A stretch of DNA of 64,000 nucleotides. Source: an uncultured Phycisphaerales bacterium (lineage in GTDB: Bacteria; Planctomycetota; Phycisphaerae; Phycisphaerales; SM1A02). Under the pieces are notes generated by a model. The model saw only the letters and a list, made by a program, of their open reading frames with translations, did not search any database and was not told where the DNA came from. Both the position numbers and the translations under genes were made by a program. This document shows positions 10,501-21,300 of this stretch, piece by piece; position 1 is the first letter of the stretch, and every line of letters starts with the position of its first letter. The stretch lies in NCBI GenBank assembly GCA_938084645.1, contig CALKEP010000010.1, forward strand, positions 21,851 through 85,850. Reading direction: 5' to 3'.

Positions 10501-11505
10501 GCGGTCGAGATGTCGCGGCGCGAGATCGAGATCAAGCGGGAGGGGCTCGAGGAATCCGTGCTGGAGGAACTCGGCGTCGATCCGCACCAGCTCCGTGATT
10601 CGGCGCCGACACCGGTGGCGGGCGAGGAGGCGGTCCCCTTCGACCGCGCCGCGGCGATCGAGGAGTCCGAGTCGCTTCGGGTCGAGATCAAGCGGCTCGG
10701 CAACGTCAATCTCGACGCGATCGACGAGCTGCAGGAACTCGAAGTGCGGAACGAGGATCTTTCGACCCAGTTGGAGGACATCGATTCCGCCCGCGTCCTG
10801 CTCACGGATCTGATCGAACGGCTCGACGCCGCGTCGCGGATCCGTTTCGAGGAGACGTTCAACCGTGTTCGCGAGAACTTCGCGGGATCCCAGGGCATGT
10901 TCCGCCGGCTCTTCGGCGGTGGCAGCGCCGATCTCTACCTGCTCCCCGACGAGGACGGTGCGATCGACTGGCTGGAGTCCGGCATCGAGATTCGAGCGAA
11001 GCCCCCCGGCAAGGAACCGCGGGTCATCAGCCAGCTCTCCGGCGGCGAGAAGACGATGACCGCGGTCGGTCTTCTCATGGCCATCTTCCAGAGCAAGCCC
11101 TCGCCCTTCTGCATCCTGGACGAGGTGGATGCGGCCCTCGACGAAGCCAACGTCGAGCGCTTCTGCAACGTCGTCCGTCAGTTCCTCGACCAGTCGCACT
11201 TCATCGTGATCACCCATCACAAGCGGACCATGCAGGCCTGCGATCGCCTCTTCGGCGTCACCATGCCGGAACGCGGCGTGAGTCGGCGAGTGACGGTGAA
11301 GTTCGACGAGGTCGGCCACGATGGCCGGATCAACGGCGAAGCGGTGCGGCGGGCCGACGAGGAGGTCGTGGAATCCGCAGCCGTCCGGTCGCCCGAGATC
11401 GAGACCGAACCGATCGACCCGGCGTCACTCCGGGGCGGAGAGGCCGGCCGGTCGGCCGCGACCGAGACGTCCGGCAGCCGACTCGCGGAGGCGTGGGAGG
11501 ACTGA
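7546..11505 (+). CDS. smc: Chromosome segregation protein SMC
   Basis: GTG start after [20 protein letters not shown] Walker A, long coiled coils, hinge, LSGGEK signature, [11 protein letters not shown]alker B. Confidence 0.98.
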   Translation: MRLAKLTLSGFKSFADRTEFTFDEPIIGVVGPNGCGKSNVVDAVKWVLGERSAKSLRGSAMQDVIFAGSAARKPMGMAEVTLTFENPRLERPLEAIVAAGDLPAALDPDLDAEPSAEHPIEAMDEDELALAGGDGQVVDRTRVRDRRLPIDTDEVSVTRRLYADGRSGYLINDRKCRLRDIKELFLDTGVGTNAYSIIEQGKVDAMLLANPMERRSILEEAAGVAKFRQRKLESSRKLDAAERNLVQVREKLANTERRLRIVRSQAEKAERFRGLDDRRRTLRTAIARDQFEEFDDRLAGLTRQLAAIETERRGLAANLAELEEAKQAAEIERHHVQERRHDLEQERLTERNRLDQAGQRIELTTRHRDDAEKAIADETRRIGELEVQVEALGRDLAEVEARIDESAQDAAASEIRLADETTRRHQFEAARTEAVATLEDARDGLAAADRDRIRLESAVRGVDARETELQERLRRLAEKARPFAADLDMHRVQRLRASNRVDVLVDRIHRLDADLRGEEERIVRLDDRRSDLTRRIAGNRDERTGTETRRHLLEEMATAGEGIGDAVREVLDLSETVDGILGPLSDHIDVDRDDAEAIEAALGTHLQAVVVESSSVADEILRRLPELQGRVELLPISRFTPGSAPTTRISAAIRATEELIEAASLVRADPRVLGVVEFLLGDTLVVDDFPSCRRLARRGIGRRLVSRDGHVLGAAGEVVFRSAAGREEGHGLLGRKAELTELEGIGSRLEKVRQELEGEASTLDAEHSTRGERRHDLSENLRSARAEEVEQRYAIDRTSQMIDRIARERGELEGEQSEIVEQLTSVHLERRRLDGERAMAIEHEATIAASLEASRVRLAEVSEASDAAMESVAAERTRLGEINARLESTRRERTRMSAALEESDRQLDRGREQIAERRGRITEYLEAIAAAETEVAASTATLEGMDGRFAENDQAIETATERLETTATSLEAARVEAGRLDRDAHAVEMSRREIEIKREGLEESVLEELGVDPHQLRDSAPTPVAGEEAVPFDRAAAIEESESLRVEIKRLGNVNLDAIDELQELEVRNEDLSTQLEDIDSARVLLTDLIERLDAASRIRFEETFNRVRENFAGSQGMFRRLFGGGSADLYLLPDEDGAIDWLESGIEIRAKPPGKEPRVISQLSGGEKTMTAVGLLMAIFQSKPSPFCILDEVDAALDEANVERFCNVVRQFLDQSHFIVITHHKRTMQACDRLFGVTMPERGVSRRVTVKFDEVGHDGRINGEAVRRADEEVVESAAVRSPEIETEPIDPASLRGGEAGRSAATETSGSRLAEAWED

Positions 11506-11524
11506 TCCGGGCTTCTGCTGCGGC

Positions 11525-12136
11525 TCACCCGGTCGTCGAGGCCGCGGGAGCGACGGCGATCCGCGACCGGATGCGGGCGGCGAGTCGGTCGAAGTCGGCG
11601 GCGAGGGTCTCGAGAAGATCACGCCGCGCCGGCGATGGATCGGCCGTCGCGAGACTCGCGGCAAGCGCCGAGAGGTACCCACACGCCTTGTCCTGCGTGA
11701 GCAGGATCCGACGTTCGAACGTCTCGCCACCGGCGAGGAGCAGTCCGATCGTCTCGCGGTTGGCGATCCGGTTCCGGGCGTCGGTCTCGATGATCGGGAG
11801 GCCGTCGACGTCGGTCGAGATCCTCGGCGGGTCTTCGAGGAGCAGGCGCAGGTCCGCCGCTCCGTCCTTCGCCGCCGCCGCGATGTCGCGAAGGACCGTC
11901 GCGGTCGCCTCGGACGGGGACTTGATCGCCAGCACGTCCGCGACCTTCATCTCGTCGGCGAGGAGGTCGAGGAGCAACGCATAGCCGTGATCGAGTCGTC
12001 GATCCTCCGCGTCGATCGCACCATCCGCGGCCGCGAACGGTGCATCGAGGGTCGGATGGCAGCCACCGATGGACGATGCGGTCGTCACGGCGAGAAGGAA
12101 TCCCACCGCGGGGCGTTGGCGTGCTGGACGAGCCAT
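11525..12136 (-). CDS. Hypothetical helical lipoprotein
   Basis: Signal peptide with IGGC lipobox; helical amphipathic body; TACGGT box 6 nt upstream of ATG 12136. Confidence 0.7.
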   Translation of the reverse strand: MARPARQRPAVGFLLAVTTASSIGGCHPTLDAPFAAADGAIDAEDRRLDHGYALLLDLLADEMKVADVLAIKSPSEATATVLRDIAAAAKDGAADLRLLLEDPPRISTDVDGLPIIETDARNRIANRETIGLLLAGGETFERRILLTQDKACGYLSALAASLATADPSPARRDLLETLAADFDRLAARIRSRIAVAPAASTTG

Positions 12137-12167
12137 GTGAAGACCGTAGCAGGCGGCGGCGCGGGCG

Positions 12168-13067
12168 TCAGGCCCGCAGTTCACGGACCGCGCGATGCGT
12201 TTCCGCGTGCAGGTCGGCGGTGAGCGTCGGGGTGGCCGCGTATCCCCCGGAGAGGACGAGCGTCGTCGGGATCCCCCGTTCGAACAACTCGGTCAACACC
12301 CGGCGTTCCCGGCGTCGCAAGCCCTCCCGGGTCATGGCGAGGCGCCCGTAGCGATCCCCCACGACCACGTCGACGCCGGAAAGCAGGAAGACCAGATCGG
12401 GACGGGCCCGATCGATCGCGGCGCCGAGGTGTCGTTCGAGAAGGGAGAGGTACTCGAGGTCCCCACAGTGATCGGGGAGCGGGACGTCCAGGTCGCTCGG
12501 TGGCTTCCGCATCGGGAAGTTCCTGGCGCCGTGCATCGAGAACGTGAAGACCGAATCATCGTCCGCGAAGCACAGGGCGTTCGCGTTGCCCTGATGGACG
12601 TCGAGGTCCACGATCAACGCCCGGCGGATCTCCTCCTCGCGCTGGAGCACCCGGATCGCGATCGCCACGTCGTTGAGCACGCAGAAGCCTTCACCGTGAT
12701 CGGGGCAGGCATGATGGGTCCCCCCCGCCAGATTCCCGCTCACTCCGTCCTCGAGCGCCTGCCATGCCGCGAGCATCGTGCCGCCCACCGCGAGCCGGGA
12801 GCGACGAACGAGCGCGGGAGACCACGGAAGTCCCAGACGGCGCTCCTCGGCGCGGCCGAGCCCCCCGGTCCTGAGTCGCTCCAGGTAGGCCTCATGATGC
12901 GCGAGTCCGATCTCCGACCAGGACGCCTCCTCGGGCGTCATGATCGTCGCTTCGCGAAGAATGCCCTCCTCGAGGAGGATCCGACGAAGCGCCGAGAACT
13001 TCCGCATCGGAAAGGGGTGCCCCTCCGGGAGCGGGATCTCGTAGTCGACATGAAAGGCGCACCGCAT
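12168..13067 (-). CDS. Histone deacetylase family (Zn-dependent deacylase)
   Basis: HPFPMRKF, NLAGGTHHA, GFCVLND, DLDVHQGN, GVD, GGY motifs. Confidence 0.93.
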   Translation of the reverse strand: MRCAFHVDYEIPLPEGHPFPMRKFSALRRILLEEGILREATIMTPEEASWSEIGLAHHEAYLERLRTGGLGRAEERRLGLPWSPALVRRSRLAVGGTMLAAWQALEDGVSGNLAGGTHHACPDHGEGFCVLNDVAIAIRVLQREEEIRRALIVDLDVHQGNANALCFADDDSVFTFSMHGARNFPMRKPPSDLDVPLPDHCGDLEYLSLLERHLGAAIDRARPDLVFLLSGVDVVVGDRYGRLAMTREGLRRRERRVLTELFERGIPTTLVLSGGYAATPTLTADLHAETHRAVRELRA

Positions 13068-13083
13068 CTTCGTGGACCGGCGG

Positions 13084-14121
13084 TCAGCCCAGACGCCGTA
13101 CGAGGGCGTCGGCGAACGCCTCGGTTCCCAGCGATCCGCCGAGATCGCCCGTTCGTTCGCCCTCGCCGACCGCGGCGTTGTACGCGACCTTGATCCGATC
13201 CGCGGCCGCCGCGATCGCCGCGTCGCCGGTGCGGTTGGCGATGTGGTTGAGCATCATCACCCCGCTCATGGTGATGGCGAGCGGATTCGCGAGGCCCTTG
13301 CCCGCGATGTCCGGCGCGGAGCCGTGGACCGCTTCGAAGACCGCGTTCACCTCGCCGAAGTTCGCGCCCGGGGTCACGCCGAGTCCGCCGACGAAGCCGG
13401 CGCAGAGATCGCTGACCACGTCGCCGTAGAGATTCTCGCAGAGGAGGATGTCGAAGTTGGTCGGATCCTGAACCAGTCGCATGCAGGCCGCGTCGATGAT
13501 CAGTTCCTCGTACTCGATGTCCGTGTAGTCGGCCTCGTGCACTTCCTTCGCGCACCGGATGAAGAGTCCGTCGGACTTCTTCATGATGTTCGCCTTGTGG
13601 AAGACCGTGACCTTCTTCCGGCCCCGGCTGCGGGCGTATTCGAACGCGAACTTCGCGATCCGGTAGGAGGCCTTCTCGGTCGCCACCTTGAGGCTGGTCA
13701 CCACACCCGGGGTGATCTCGTTCTCGATGCCGGCGTAGAGGCCTTCGGTGTTCTCCCGGACGACCACCAGGTCGACGTCCCGGTATCGCGTGTCGACGCC
13801 CTCGATCGATCGCACCGGCCGAACCGCGCCGTAGAGGTCGAGGGTCTTCCGAAGGGCGACGTTCACGGACGAGAACCCTCCGCCGATCGGCGTGGTGCAG
13901 GGCCCCTTCAGGGCGACGCCGACCTGCTGGATCGCGTCGATCGTCTCCCGGGGGAGCAGGTCCGGATGGCCGTGCTCCAGCGCCGCCACGCCCGCGTGGC
14001 AGGGGATCCACTCGATGCTGGCGTCGCCACCCTCGAGGGCCGCGTCGATGATGCGGCACGCCGCGGAGGTGACTTCGGGGCCGATGCCGTCGCCGGGGAT
14101 GAGAACGGATCCGTGTTGCAC
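13084..14121 (-). CDS. Isocitrate/isopropylmalate dehydrogenase family, NAD-dependent IDH-like
   Basis: IPGDGIGPEV, SVNVALRK, RENTEGLY, HKANIMK, NLYGDVVSD, FEAVHGSAPDIAGKGLANP. Confidence 0.92.
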   Translation of the reverse strand: MQHGSVLIPGDGIGPEVTSAACRIIDAALEGGDASIEWIPCHAGVAALEHGHPDLLPRETIDAIQQVGVALKGPCTTPIGGGFSSVNVALRKTLDLYGAVRPVRSIEGVDTRYRDVDLVVVRENTEGLYAGIENEITPGVVTSLKVATEKASYRIAKFAFEYARSRGRKKVTVFHKANIMKKSDGLFIRCAKEVHEADYTDIEYEELIIDAACMRLVQDPTNFDILLCENLYGDVVSDLCAGFVGGLGVTPGANFGEVNAVFEAVHGSAPDIAGKGLANPLAITMSGVMMLNHIANRTGDAAIAAAADRIKVAYNAAVGEGERTGDLGGSLGTEAFADALVRRLG

Positions 14122-14251
14122 GCGTGGTTTCCTGCCGGTGTGGTGACGAGCCCGAGGCCGGATCGCAGAGCGACCCTGAATCGACCCGGGCCACTCAGGA
14201 TACGCGACCGACACCTTCCCCGGCGCGGGTCCGGTCCGCTAGGGTGTCCGA

Positions 14252-15520
14252 ATGCCCGGATCGGACGGACATCCCGTGGACCTCGCGGTGATCGGAGGCG
14301 GCATCGCCGGACTCTGGATCCTCGACGCGGCGGTTCGTGCCGGTCGCAATGCGATCCTCATCGAGGCATTCGAGCTCGGCCACGGACAAAGCGTCGCCGC
14401 TCAGGGCATCATCCACGGCGGGCTGAAATACACCCTTCGCGAGCGGGATCTGGACGCCGCGGGCGCGATCGCGGACATGCCGGCCTTCTGGCGGAATCGT
14501 CATGAGTCCGGCGACGGGGACGGACCGGATCTTCGCGCGGCCAGGATGAGCGCGCCGTGCACGTGGATGTGGCGGACCGACTCCCTCGCGTCCCGGTTGG
14601 GAATGCTCGGCGCGAAGGCCGCCTTGCGGACCCGTCCCGAGACGGTGCCCGAGGGGGAACGTCCCCCGCTGCTCCGGGCGGCGTCCGGAGCGGTGCTCCG
14701 GGTGGCCGAGCCCGTCTTCGACACCCGATCGGTCCTCGGAGCGATCGCCGCCGGCCACACCGATCGGATCTTCGGCGTGGACGGACCCGAGGGGATGGAA
14801 TTCGCGTCGGCCGGAGGGCGGGTTGAACGGTTGATCCTCCGGTCCGGAAGCGGCGAAGTCGTGGTTCGGCCGGCGTCGGTGGTGCTGGCCGCCGGAATCG
14901 GAAACGAGGCGCTGCTGGCTCGACTCGGCCTCGATGCCGCGGTGGCGCAACGCCGTCCACTCCACATGGCCCTGGTGCGCGGCCGATCGCTTCCCGAATT
15001 TCATGGGCACTGCGTCGACGGGAACAAGACCCGGGTCACCATCACCAGCGCCCGTGACGATGCAGGCCGCACGATCTGGCAGCTCGGAGGCGATCTGGCG
15101 GAGCGTGGCGTCGATCGGGACGACATGGCCCAGCGTCAAGCGGCCTCCGAGGAACTTCGAGGCGTCCTGCCCGCGTTCGATCTCGACCGGATCGACGACC
15201 TCGAGTGGTCCTCGTATCGAGTGGATCGGGCGGAACGACGAACCCGCGCGGGACTCCGCCCCGACGACGCCGAGGTCATCTCGCTTCACGACGGCCGTCT
15301 GGTCACCGCATGGCCGACCAAGTGGGCGCTGGCCCCGCGACTCGCGGCGGCGGTGCTCGAAGCGACGGAAGGCGTCGCGGGTTCCACCGGAGACGCGTCG
15401 GCGTCCACCGAGCTCCCCGAGGTGTTCGAAACCCTGCGGCGACCCGGCATCGCGGCCTTTCCATGGGAGGAGCGATCGTGGACCAGTCATCACGACGTCG
15501 TCTCGGCCGAACCGGCCTGA
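14252..15520 (+). CDS. FAD-dependent oxidoreductase (resembles Pseudomonas PA4991 family)
   Basis: IGGGIAGLW Rossmann motif, LGHGQSVAAQGIIHGGLKY, QRRPLHM, AWPTKWALAP. Confidence 0.85.
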   Translation: MPGSDGHPVDLAVIGGGIAGLWILDAAVRAGRNAILIEAFELGHGQSVAAQGIIHGGLKYTLRERDLDAAGAIADMPAFWRNRHESGDGDGPDLRAARMSAPCTWMWRTDSLASRLGMLGAKAALRTRPETVPEGERPPLLRAASGAVLRVAEPVFDTRSVLGAIAAGHTDRIFGVDGPEGMEFASAGGRVERLILRSGSGEVVVRPASVVLAAGIGNEALLARLGLDAAVAQRRPLHMALVRGRSLPEFHGHCVDGNKTRVTITSARDDAGRTIWQLGGDLAERGVDRDDMAQRQAASEELRGVLPAFDLDRIDDLEWSSYRVDRAERRTRAGLRPDDAEVISLHDGRLVTAWPTKWALAPRLAAAVLEATEGVAGSTGDASASTELPEVFETLRRPGIAAFPWEERSWTSHHDVVSAEPA

Positions 15521-16263
15521 CCCCGAGCCCGATCGGCTTCGGCGCGTTCAAGATCGGAAGGAACGAGGGCGTCAAGTACGAGCACGGCTACGCCCTTCCG
15601 GACGAGGATGCCTGTGCGAGCCTTCTGAACGCGGTCCTTGATCAGGGGATCAACCTCGTCGACACCGCCCCGGCCTACGGCTCGAGCGAGGAGAGGATCG
15701 GCCGCCATCTCGCATCGCGGCGAGACGAGTTCATCCTGTCCACCAAGGTGGGCGAGACGTTCGCGGACGGCGTGGGGCGATTCGATTTCTCGGCCGAAGG
15801 GGTTCGGTCGAGCATCGAGCGAAGCCTCGTCCGACTCGGCACCGACCGGCTCGATCTGGTGTTCGTGCATTCCGACGGAGACGATCTCGCCATCATCGAG
15901 CGGACCGGGGTGCTGGACACGCTGGTCGAACACCGGGACCGAGGCGACCTTCGATTCATCGGTTTCAGCGGCAAGACCGTGGAGGGCCACCTTCGTGCGA
16001 TCGAGTCGGGCGTGGTCGACTGCCTGATGGTCGAGTACCACCCGTTGGACGAGCGTCAGTCGCCGGTCATCGACGCCGCGACCACCAACGACGTCGGCAT
16101 CGTGATCAAGAAGGGGCTCGCGTCCGGAAGACTCGCGCCCGAGGCCGCGATCCCCCACTGCCTCTCGCCGTCGGGAGTGGCTTCGATGGTGGTCGGATCA
16201 TTGACCGCCGCCCACCTCGAACAGGATCTCGCAATCGCGAACGCGGCGATCTCGAACCCCTGA
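15478..16263 (+). CDS. Aldo/keto reductase (resembles Pseudomonas PA4992 family)
   Basis: GTG after GGAGGAG; RRLGRTGL, GRNEGVKY, DTAPAYGSSEE, STKVGE, LVFVHSDG, KKGLASG. Confidence 0.9.
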   Translation: MDQSSRRRLGRTGLTPSPIGFGAFKIGRNEGVKYEHGYALPDEDACASLLNAVLDQGINLVDTAPAYGSSEERIGRHLASRRDEFILSTKVGETFADGVGRFDFSAEGVRSSIERSLVRLGTDRLDLVFVHSDGDDLAIIERTGVLDTLVEHRDRGDLRFIGFSGKTVEGHLRAIESGVVDCLMVEYHPLDERQSPVIDAATTNDVGIVIKKGLASGRLAPEAAIPHCLSPSGVASMVVGSLTAAHLEQDLAIANAAISNP

Positions 16264-16264
16264 C

Positions 16265-16777
16265 TCAATCGGTCGGGACCGAATCCGCATCGTTCGCGTT
16301 GCGAGGATCATGCCCCCCGCTGCCGGGGCCGCCGGGCTGGAAGTGAACCAGCATGTCCGGCAGCCGCTGGAGCGGGATGCACCAGCCGCCACGGGCGTCG
16401 TCGAAGAGGATTCCAAAGACCCCCACTCGCTGAAGCGGGACGATCCGACGAACCGCCGATTCGACCTTGAAGGACAGGATCGAGGGCTTGTCGCCGATCG
16501 CGAGCACGCCGTGCTTCCTGGCGTACTCGTCGGCGCGGCCTTTGGCGGTGAACGCCATCGCGTAGGGCTTCTTGTCGATGACCACCGCGAGCGGTTGCAC
16601 GTTCGGAAACTGTCCCGTGCCCACGAAATACCAGCGGGGAAGCGCAAAGGCCATGGCCCAGAGCTGATCGAGGGCCGAGGGGTCGGTCCGACCTTCCATG
16701 GCCAGCTCGTCCATGCGGGTCGGGAGGAGATCGGCGGCGAGCCGATCGGCTTCGTTCGAGGCTTGCGGATCCGTCAT
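16265..16777 (-). CDS. Hypothetical protein, possibly SseB-like
   Basis: ATGA overlap with the upstream LysM gene; LW..AFALPRWYF...P......KPYAMAFT...RA pattern. Confidence 0.6.
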   Translation of the reverse strand: MTDPQASNEADRLAADLLPTRMDELAMEGRTDPSALDQLWAMAFALPRWYFVGTGQFPNVQPLAVVIDKKPYAMAFTAKGRADEYARKHGVLAIGDKPSILSFKVESAVRRIVPLQRVGVFGILFDDARGGWCIPLQRLPDMLVHFQPGGPGSGGHDPRNANDADSVPTD

Positions 16778-18234
16778 GGGATGCGAAGCTCCATTCCGAC
16801 CGCGAGCCGGGCCGGGTCGTCGCCGATCACGTCGCGATTCGCATCGTGGATCTCCTGCCACCGCGAGGCCTTGCCGAGGTACTCGACCGCGATGTCGCTG
16901 AGCGTCTCGCCGGATCGGACCACGTGGATGACCACGCCCGCCTCGGTCGGTTCGCCGCGCTCGATCGCGAGCGGCGTGTCCTTCGGAGGGAGCTTGATGA
17001 TCTGGCCGATCTGCAGTCGAATCGGATCGACGGTGGGATTCGCGATCGCGATCAGGGATTGCTTCCGGGGATCCCCGAACCACGCCGTCGCGATCCGTTC
17101 GAAGTTATCGCCGGCCTGGATCGTGTAGCTGGTGTAGGCGGATGCCGGGAGTTCGGCCGCGGATCGGCCTCCGCGGTCGTTCGACCCCGCAGCACTCGCG
17201 TCCGAATCGACGGTGCCGTCCGCCTCGGCGGGGTCCGGCGTGCCGGGGCGTCGCATCAGTTCGCCGCGCAGCCGGGCGGCGATCCACCGGGCGTGCGGCA
17301 TGTCGAATTCACCGTTGATGCGGCCTCGATTCTGAATGGCCACCTCGAGCGGTGGCATCGACACGACTTCGCCGTCGACGATCCATGCGACCGTTCCACC
17401 CACCATCGCGAAACTCGCTTCACGAACCTCGGTCACCGCGTCGCTCTCGAGGAGGAAGGCGACCCGCGGGCGCCCTTCGTTGTTCTCGAAGGCATCCGCA
17501 TCCGAGACTCTTCCGTCGAGACGGAGTCCACGGAGCTCGTCGTCACGGACGAGAAGGAATCGCCCTTCCTCGCCCGCCGAGTCCGTACGTGTTCCAGTCA
17601 CGACGCCCAGCACGGCGCCTCCGCCACGAACCGAGCACCAGCTCGCGATCGGAACCCACGCGGTCCCCTCCGGGCCACCGGGGCGCGGATCGATGGAGCC
17701 GGCAAGGCTCGCTCGCGCCGCCTCGACGTCGATCGAGGGATCTTCGGGCGAGACGGCTTGGAGGAGGTAGATCCCTGACGCACGAACACCCTGGCTCGGG
17801 CCGTAGGCGGGTGCCAGCGGCTCGGTCGAAGGTTCGGACTCCGCGGGCGTCTCCGGCGTCTCTGCGGCCTCCACGGCCGGGCTCCCGTCGGGTTCGAATT
17901 CGCTTGGCAGGCCGACCACCGCCGCCGCGTCGTCATTCGATGCCACCGCCTGCGCGTCCTCTGGATCGTCGGATTCGAGATCGGAGGACGGACTCGTCAC
18001 GATCGCCGCCGGCTCGGTGTTCTCGGGACGGCGGTCATCCGGTTCGTTCACGGACGGGACGGTCGGCTCGCTGGGCGGTTCGGCCGGGGCGGGTTCGAAC
18101 GCGACCACCTCGGGATCCCGCGTGAGCTCCGCCTCTTCCGATCGATCGGCACCCTCGAGGTTCGCGAAGTAGAAGCCGATGGCGATCAACGCCACCAGCA
18201 CCAGGGCCACGGTGAGTCGGAATCCGCTGGTCAT
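16774..18234 (-). CDS. Membrane-anchored protein: acidic linker, SecD P1-head-like domain and two LysM domains
   Basis: N-terminal TM; GRPRVAFLL...VAWIVDGEVVSMP...GRINGEF aligns with the adjacent SecDF head; LysM motifs YTIQAGDNFERIA...LQIGQIIKLP and HVVRSGETLSDIA...LAVGMELRIP. Confidence 0.85.
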   Translation of the reverse strand: MTSGFRLTVALVLVALIAIGFYFANLEGADRSEEAELTRDPEVVAFEPAPAEPPSEPTVPSVNEPDDRRPENTEPAAIVTSPSSDLESDDPEDAQAVASNDDAAAVVGLPSEFEPDGSPAVEAAETPETPAESEPSTEPLAPAYGPSQGVRASGIYLLQAVSPEDPSIDVEAARASLAGSIDPRPGGPEGTAWVPIASWCSVRGGGAVLGVVTGTRTDSAGEEGRFLLVRDDELRGLRLDGRVSDADAFENNEGRPRVAFLLESDAVTEVREASFAMVGGTVAWIVDGEVVSMPPLEVAIQNRGRINGEFDMPHARWIAARLRGELMRRPGTPDPAEADGTVDSDASAAGSNDRGGRSAAELPASAYTSYTIQAGDNFERIATAWFGDPRKQSLIAIANPTVDPIRLQIGQIIKLPPKDTPLAIERGEPTEAGVVIHVVRSGETLSDIAVEYLGKASRWQEIHDANRDVIGDDPARLAVGMELRIP

Positions 18235-18345
18235 GAGAACCTCCCGTCTGCGTCGGCCGCCTCGCGCCGGCCCATGGGTTCGTTTTCGGATCCGAGCGAA
18301 CCTCGGAACCGTCTTTCGACTGGCTCCAGCCGACGTCGACCGACG

Positions 18346-21300
18346 TCAACCGGTGGAGAGCGAGGTCGAATCCCGAGGCATGGATTCCTCGGGTTCCTTC
18401 GCCCCGGTACTCCAGGTGAGCGGTGCGGCGATGACGACCGAGGAGTACGTCGCGGCGACCAGTCCCACGAAGAACGTGAAGGCGAACGGTCGGATGCCGG
18501 TCCCACCGAGCGAATAGAGCACGATCGCGGAGGTGATCGTGGTGCCACTGGTCATGATCGTCCGACTGAACGTCTGGTTGATCGAATTGTTGACCACGCC
18601 GCGGGAAGCGTAACTGAGCTTGCCTCGGTTCTCACGGATCCGGTCGAGGATCACGATGGTGTCGTTCAGCGAATAGCCCACGATGGTGAGGAGGCCGGCC
18701 ACCACGTTCAGGTCGATCCGGAACTCGTCGAGGAGCCGGAAGCCGCCGATGGTGCGTTCGCCGATCGTGAGGCTCAGGGCGATCGCGCCGAGGCAGATGC
18801 TGATGTTGAAGACGAGTGCGGCGATCGCGCAGACCGAGTACCGCAGCGACCCGAAACGGAACCAGATGTAGACCAGCATCCCGAGGAGACTCAGGATCAC
18901 CGCGACGATCGCGCTGGCCGCGAGGTTCTGTGCCACCTTCGGCGAGAAGCTCGACTGATCGAGACTCGCTTCCCGCGTCAACGCCGCCAGGAGAAGTTCG
19001 TATTCCCGTTGGGCGAGTCCGCGATCCCAGGTTCCGAGCGCGACCTCGAAACTCGAAAGCGAATCGTCGAAGACCATCACCGCGATCTCGCGGTGGGCCC
19101 CGTCTTCGGGCTTGTCGAGTCCGACGACCTCGACGTCGCGACCGGCGGTGTCCGCGAAGTCGGGCTGGTTGCGCATCCGCTTGATGCGTTCCGCCGCGTC
19201 CTCCGGGGTGATCGGCGGTGAAATGCCGTCGATCACCACGGCGACACCGCCCCGGAAGGCATCGACCGGCATGGCCGCACCATCACGGCCGATCGATTCG
19301 CCGAGGGTCTTCCGCTCGAGCGAGAAGGTGTGGCTGCTGTGGTCCGGATCGTCCTCCGCCGGGAAGTGCACCGGCTGGGTGACCGCGAGCACGTCGCCGA
19401 ACCGGTCGACGATCTCCGCGACGATCGCATCCGCGATGTTGTCGTCCTCGTCCATCGAGGGCGGATTGGCGACCTTCACCTGGAAGCTCGCCGCTTCGTT
19501 CTCATCGGTGGTCGTGCCGACGGTGAGAATCGTGGCGTTGGAGAGCTGGGCGAGCGTCGGGTCGTCGGGGTTCTCGTCGCCGATCGCGTGGATCCGCGCT
19601 TCGACGTCGCTCCGGGCGAGCAGCAGGCGGCCCGCGAGATCGCGTTCCGAGCCCGCTCGTTCGCCGTCGACCGCGGCACGCGTGGTCATCTTGACGCTGA
19701 CGCCGCCTCGGAACTCCGTCTCCAGCACGTCGGCACCGGCCGAGAAGAAGAGCGCGAGCGAGCCGACGGCGAGGATGGCGCTCAGCAGGAGCATGGGGCC
19801 GCGGGCGGAGACCCAGTCGATCTTCGGCTCGAGGAGACGGTGAATCGAGGGGAACACCGTCGGCAGCATCGGAAGCGACCGGATCTTGAAGACGTCGGTG
19901 CAGACCGCGAAGAGCACGCGGCTGACGAAGAGCGACGTGAAGAGCGTCGCGAGCACGCCGATCGACAGCGTGAGGGCGAATCCCTTCACTTCGGTCGCGG
20001 CGGTCTGGTAGAGGATGAAGCAGACGATGAGGTTGGTGATGTTGCCGTCGAGAATCGCGCTCGCGGCCTTGCCGAAGCCGAGCCGGATCGCGTCGCGGAG
20101 ATCCTCCTGGTTGTTCACCAGTTCCTCGCGGATGCGCTCGAAGATCAGCACGTTCGCATCCACCGCCATGCCCACGGTCAGCGCGATCCCGGCGAGTCCG
20201 GGCAGCGTGAAGGTGCCGTCGATCATCGCCATGATCCCGAAGATCATGACGGCGTTGATCATCAGCGAGATGTCCGCGATCAGCCCCGCACCGAAGTAGT
20301 ACAGGATCATGATCAACGCGACGATTCCGACCGAGATCGCGACCGCTTCGAGACCTCGGACGAGGTTGTCCTGGCCGATGGCCGGCCCGAGGATGCTGGT
20401 CGAGATGGGTTCGCTGCTCAGGCGGGCTTCGAGGCTGCCGGCCGCGAGCACGCGGATCAGGTACGTGATTTCGGCTTCACCGAAGTTGCCCTGGATGATG
20501 CCGCTCGACCCGATCGCGGAATTCAGGTTCGGTGCGGTGTACACCTCGCCGTCGAGCACGATCGCCATCGGCTGGTTCACGTTCGGCGAGGTGAGCCGTC
20601 GCATCCTCGCACCGCCGGGGCTGTCGAGGCCGAAGGCCACCGCGGGGCGACCAAGGTCGTCGATCGACCGGCTCGCGCGGCGGATCGCCCACGAATCGCC
20701 GTCGGTGTGCGTCATGCTCTTCTCGGGCGTGACGTACAGGAGGACGTACTGCTTGCCGTCCTTCTCGGCCGCGACGAGTCCGTAGCGGTTCTTGAAGTAC
20801 GAGACGGGATCGGCCAGCAGCGCTTCGACCGTCTCGGGCTTGTCCTCGTCGGTCCACTGCTTGAGATCGTTGATCGCGAACCAGCGGGCGATCGGCGAAT
20901 CGGTGTTGTTGGGGCCTCGCTCCGCGAGCTGTTCGCGAAGCAGCGTGACCGGGACGTCCATCGCCCCGTCCTTCACCGCGATTCGGAATTCCAGCACGCC
21001 GGCACCGCGGAGAAGTCGCTTGAGATCCTCGGGGTCGTCGAGTCCGGTCCGCTGGGCCTCGAAGTCGGCGTAGGTCGAACGAAGGGTCTCGATCTCCGCC
21101 TGGAGGTGCGGGAACTCGGCCTGGAGCTCGGCGAACGCGACGGCGCGGTCGCTCGTCGAGGCGTCGAGTTCGCCGTCGTCTCCCCGCGTCTTCGCGGTGC
21201 CGTCGAGGGCCAGGATGTTGAAGAGTCGGTCGTCGCCGAAGGTCTGGGAGAGAATCGTGTTCTCGAGGTTCTCGACCGTGATCTCCGAACGGGCGATGCG

